From the IMG/VR virus record IMGVR_UViG_3300017766_003354, positions 32,001 through 96,000 of that record: a stretch of DNA of 64,000 bases. One strand, given 5' to 3'. Positions within the stretch are counted from its first letter, which is position 1. Each line of letters opens with the position of its first letter. The notes below the pieces were generated by a model, which searched no databases, was not told the DNA's origin, and saw only the letters and a program-made list of their open reading frames with translations. The translations under genes and the position numbers were made by a program. This DNA is from a virus. This document shows positions 62,682 to 64,000 of this stretch, piece by piece.

Positions 62682-63271
62682 GCGAATCAACCGATACAGA
62701 ACTAGCTTTCAAAGTTCAAAAGGTAAACGACGAAGAGGCCCTTGGGGAGTTGATTTCTAGGCATTCTGGTATATACGTTGATATGATTCGAAAGTTTGGT
62801 GGGAAGTCTCTTACTGAGAATCAGGTTGCAGATTTAATGGGAGAAAAGGATTTTAATATCTATAAAGCCGCGATTGAGTATAACCCAGATAAAAGCAAAT
62901 TCTCTACTTTCCTTGCCATCAAGACGAAGTATCTTTGCCTTACTAGCAAGACCGTAAATAAAAAAACTAACCACTTCGTTGACTTTGACGAAGAAAGCTT
63001 CCGATTAGCCTCGAACTCGGTTCCTCCAGACGAAGCCTCTGCTGATAATGAAATTATCGCAAAACTTTATTCAATAATTGACCGCCATCCAGATAAGCTC
63101 GTTAGGCAAATTTTCGAAGAGAGATACTTTTCAGGAAAGAACAACAAACTAAAATCTTGGAAAGAGATTTCCAAATCAGTGGGGCTTTCTATCCAAGGGG
63201 TAATTAACATTCACAACAGAACTCTTCCAGAATTTCAAAAACAACTACAACATGCAGAAATTACATTTTGA
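62678..63271 (+). CDS. phage sigma70-family sigma factor
   Basis: ALGELI..H, A...Y.P.K.KFSTFL, C-terminal HTH W.EI...G.S.Q. Confidence 0.82.
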   Translation: MSESTDTELAFKVQKVNDEEALGELISRHSGIYVDMIRKFGGKSLTENQVADLMGEKDFNIYKAAIEYNPDKSKFSTFLAIKTKYLCLTSKTVNKKTNHFVDFDEESFRLASNSVPPDEASADNEIIAKLYSIIDRHPDKLVRQIFEERYFSGKNNKLKSWKEISKSVGLSIQGVINIHNRTLPEFQKQLQHAEITF

Positions 63272-64000
63272 TGGGCCGATCAATCCTCTGAGCTTGGGGA
63301 ATGTATCGTTTAATCTTCTCCGTGAAATGCGGAGAAAGAATATGGATATCGTTCTTTTCCCCACTGGAAATACGGCAAATTTTGAAGCCTTTGATAAGGC
63401 CGACCCAAAGTTGATTGACTGGATCAAGCAGAGCGGCTTTTCTCGCCTCAAGAGAATCGATAAGGACGCTCCGACTCTCAAGAACTGGCACATTAATGGT
63501 TCAGAGTCTAGGGTCGCTCCTAGACAGTTTCTATACACCTACTACGAAACAGACTCTCCCACCGAAGAAGAAGTTGCTCTAGTAAAAGCCCAAAACCACG
63601 TATTCTTTTCTTCTTCTTTTGCGGCGGATTGTTTTGAAAAAGCTGGTTGTGAGAATGTAAGTTTTGTTCCTCTCGGATTTGACGAGGACTTTCACATTAC
63701 AGGAAAGAAATTTCCAGATGAAGTTATTCATTTCGGGCTAATTGGCAAATTCGAACGGCGAAAAAATACTCGTCAAATCATTCAAACTTGGCTTAAAAAA
63801 TACGGCAACAATAACAAGTATCTTCTTACTTGCCTAGTCAATAATCCCTTCTTCAAACAAGAAGACTACCAAAAAATCATTTCTGATACTTTGGGCGGAA
63901 AGACTTGGAGTAATATTAACTTTCTCCCGACATTAGCTAAAAACTCAGAAGTAAATGAAGTTTTGAATGCTATTGATATTGATTTATCTGGATATAGCAA
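63252..64000 (+). CDS. glycosyltransferase family 4 (truncated by window end)
   Basis: MQKLHFDGPINPLSLGNV..., FVPLGFD, GKFERRKN; open to window end. Confidence 0.75.
   Translation, partial: MQKLHFDGPINPLSLGNVSFNLLREMRRKNMDIVLFPTGNTANFEAFDKADPKLIDWIKQSGFSRLKRIDKDAPTLKNWHINGSESRVAPRQFLYTYYETDSPTEEEVALVKAQNHVFFSSSFAADCFEKAGCENVSFVPLGFDEDFHITGKKFPDEVIHFGLIGKFERRKNTRQIIQTWLKKYGNNNKYLLTCLVNNPFFKQEDYQKIISDTLGGKTWSNINFLPTLAKNSEVNEVLNAIDIDLSGYS

Noticed and set aside
1-64000. Genome-wide TAG reassignment (code 15)
   Set aside because: Long genes are intact in code 11. TAG ends rtcB just before a terminator and ends 49143..49340 two bases before the primase start. No CUA-anticodon tRNA was found.

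Overview
A 64 kb segment of a large dsDNA tailed phage genome; the host is not identifiable from the sequence. 1-19 kb: many small + strand early genes behind sigma70-type promoters (RuvB-like ATPase, rIIA/rIIB, phosphatases, NADAR, HNH). 19-25.5 kb: an array of about 31 tRNAs covering every amino acid except Gln, plus pseudo/mini-tRNAs, several unassigned structured RNAs and three homing-type endonucleases, followed by RtcB. 30.8-39.8 kb: tail/adhesin and lysis genes. 40-61 kb (- strand): ClpA/B-like ATPase, three-way split Pol III (PHP / exonuclease / catalytic core), HIRAN-nuclease, primase, DnaB, RecA, a GDP-sugar/glycosyltransferase cluster and class II RNR. 61-64 kb: dUTPase, kinase, sigma factor, glycosyltransferase. 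Best candidate for a new system: upstream of the tRNA array is a 20-codon leader peptide (MRYFISTLCPKSAQNWEDGV) that uses 19 of the 20 amino acids. It is embedded in a 1:2 / 2:3 / 3:4 attenuator fold, suggesting a general tRNA-depletion sensor that releases the tRNA array plus RtcB. The tRNAs are strongly remodelled: variable arms gained by Lys/Asn/Asp/Ala and lost by Leu, a D-arm-displaced Arg, a T-armless mini-tRNA, and permuted T-then-D elbow mimics. Also seen: single in-frame stops in the endolysin and a 3D-domain gene, a phage-specific GTGTAA promoter motif, and near-leaderless gene starts. All calls come from reading the sequence by eye; no searches were run.
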